Below, piece after piece: positions 17,401 to 18,644 of a stretch of 18,644 bases of DNA. Each line of letters starts with the position of its first letter. The first letter of the stretch is position 1. Position numbers and translations under genes: made by a program. The stretch is from a virus (taxonomy: Duplodnaviria; Heunggongvirae; Uroviricota; Caudoviricetes). Under the pieces are notes generated by a model. It was not told the origin of the DNA, made no database searches, and saw only the letters and a program-made list of their open reading frames with translations. Where the stretch lies: positions 1-18,644 of IMG/VR virus record IMGVR_UViG_2627853678_000002; one strand, written 5' to 3'.

Positions 17401-18004
17401 TTCGCGCCTGCTGCCGACCGGCTCATCACCGCTTGAAATTGCTGCCGCGAAAGCCTGTGCGGAAATTGAAAAAACGCCGGTCAGTATTCGTGAGCTGTGG
17501 AACCCGGACACCTGCCCGGCAAATCTGCTGCCGTGGCTGGCGTGGGCCTTTTCGGTCGACAGGTGGGATGAAAAGTGGCCGGAAGCGACAAAACGCGCCG
17601 TTATCCGCGATGCCTATTTCATCCACTGTCATAAGGGTACTGTCGGCGCAATCCGGCGTGTTGTGGAGCCGCTCGGCTATCTGATTGAAGTGAGGGAGTG
17701 GTGGCAGCTCAACGAGGAGCCGGGGACGTTCCGTATCGTTGTTGGCGTGCTTGAGCAGGGTATTACCGAAGAAATGTATCTGGAGCTGGAACGTCTCGTT
17801 GCTGATGCAAAACCGGCGAGCCGCCATCTGACGGGACTGGCTATCAGTTTAAGTACAACCGGCAACATTTTTGCCGGAACGGGATGCTATCACGGTGACG
17901 CCCTGATGGTTTATCCCTACACCCCGGAGGCCATTATTGTCGGAGGGGATTATTTCCCGGCCTCGGTCATTCATTTAATTGATAACCTGAGAGTAAACGC
18001 ATGA
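17393..18004 (+). CDS. I: baseplate/tail protein gpI
   Basis: 203-aa ORF whose N-terminal part (MSDSRLLPTGSSPLE...) matches the remembered P2 gpI; the C-terminus is longer and different. Confidence 0.8.
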   Translation: MSDSRLLPTGSSPLEIAAAKACAEIEKTPVSIRELWNPDTCPANLLPWLAWAFSVDRWDEKWPEATKRAVIRDAYFIHCHKGTVGAIRRVVEPLGYLIEVREWWQLNEEPGTFRIVVGVLEQGITEEMYLELERLVADAKPASRHLTGLAISLSTTGNIFAGTGCYHGDALMVYPYTPEAIIVGGDYFPASVIHLIDNLRVNA

Positions 18005-18644
18005 CAGTGAAATACTACGCCATTCTGACTAATCAGGGCGCAGCACGACTGGCTAACGCGACGATGCTCGGCAGTAAGCTGAATCTGACGCAAATGGCCG
18101 TTGGTGATGCGAATGGTGTATTACCGACACCAGACCCGGCACAGACAAAACTGATTAACCAGAAACGCATTGCACCGCTGAATCTTCTGAGTGTTGACCC
18201 TAACAATCAGAGCCAGATTATTGCGGAGCAAATTATCCCTGAAAACGAGGGAGGATTCTGGATCCGTGAGATTGGGCTTTATGATGATGAAGGCGTACTC
18301 ATTGCGGTGGCGAACTGCCCGGAAACGTACAAACCGCAGTTGCAGGAAGGCAGTGGTCGTACCCAGACTATCCGCATGATTCTGGTTGTCTCGAATACCG
18401 AAGCCATCACGCTGAAAATCGACCCGTCGGTGGTACTGGCGACCCGTAAATATGTGGATGACAAAATCTCAGAACACGAACAGTCACGACGACACCCGGA
18501 TGCATCGCTGACCGCAAAAGGTTTTACTCAGTTAAGCAGCGCAACCAACAGCACGTCTGAAACACTGGCCGCAACGCTGAGAGCGGTAAAGGTCGCGTAT
18601 GATCTTGCTAACGGGAAATATACTGCACAGGACGCGACCACAGC
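18001..18644 (+). CDS. H: tail fibre protein gpH, N-terminal part (runs off the window end)
   Basis: Open frame from ATG 18001 (ATGA overlap with the I stop) to the window end, translated by hand: MTVKYYAILTNQGAARLANAT...EHEQSRRHPDASLTAKGFTQLSSATNSTSETLAAT, tail-fibre-like. Not in the ORF track because it has no stop. Confidence 0.8.
   Translation, partial: MTVKYYAILTNQGAARLANATMLGSKLNLTQMAVGDANGVLPTPDPAQTKLINQKRIAPLNLLSVDPNNQSQIIAEQIIPENEGGFWIREIGLYDDEGVLIAVANCPETYKPQLQEGSGRTQTIRMILVVSNTEAITLKIDPSVVLATRKYVDDKISEHEQSRRHPDASLTAKGFTQLSSATNSTSETLAATLRAVKVAYDLANGKYTAQDATT

Larger units (their letters stand above)
1..18644 (+). mobile_element. P2-like (Peduovirus-type) prophage segment: replication, cos, head, lysis and baseplate/tail modules in P2 gene order
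   Basis: Colinear order A - cargo - cos - Q - P (minus) - O N M L X Y K lysA lysB lysC R S - cargo - V W J I H, with protein lengths close to P2 (O 284, M 247, Y 93, K 165, LysA 141, LysB 141, W 115, J 302). Recognition is from memory of P2 proteins. Confidence 0.9.

Noticed and set aside
1-18644. CRISPR arrays, tRNA or rRNA genes, IS elements
   Set aside because: No regularly spaced direct repeats, no cloverleaf-like tRNA candidates and no transposase-like ORFs were seen; the window is almost entirely phage protein-coding sequence.

Overview
The window is a segment of an integrated P2-like (Peduovirus-type) prophage, in P2 map order on the + strand: replication gene A, an AT-rich cargo island in the slot where P2 carries tin/old, the cos site, then portal (Q) and large terminase (P) on the - strand, followed on the + strand by scaffold (O), major capsid (N), small terminase (M), head completion (L), tail X, the lysis cassette (Y, K, LysA, LysB/LysC), R, S, a second small AT-rich cargo island, baseplate genes V, W, J, I and the start of tail fibre H. 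The two cargo islands are the candidates for a new system: (1) a C5-cytosine methyltransferase divergent from an HTH controller plus an unrecognised 351-aa protein with a possible PD-(D/E)xK nuclease motif; (2) a 98-aa HNH-like protein plus a 129-aa unknown between S and V. Three structural genes (Q, N, V) each show a single-base frame break at a short G or C run, so either the sequence has indel errors or the prophage is defective. All family assignments rest on reading the translations against remembered P2 proteins and motifs; no database search was run.
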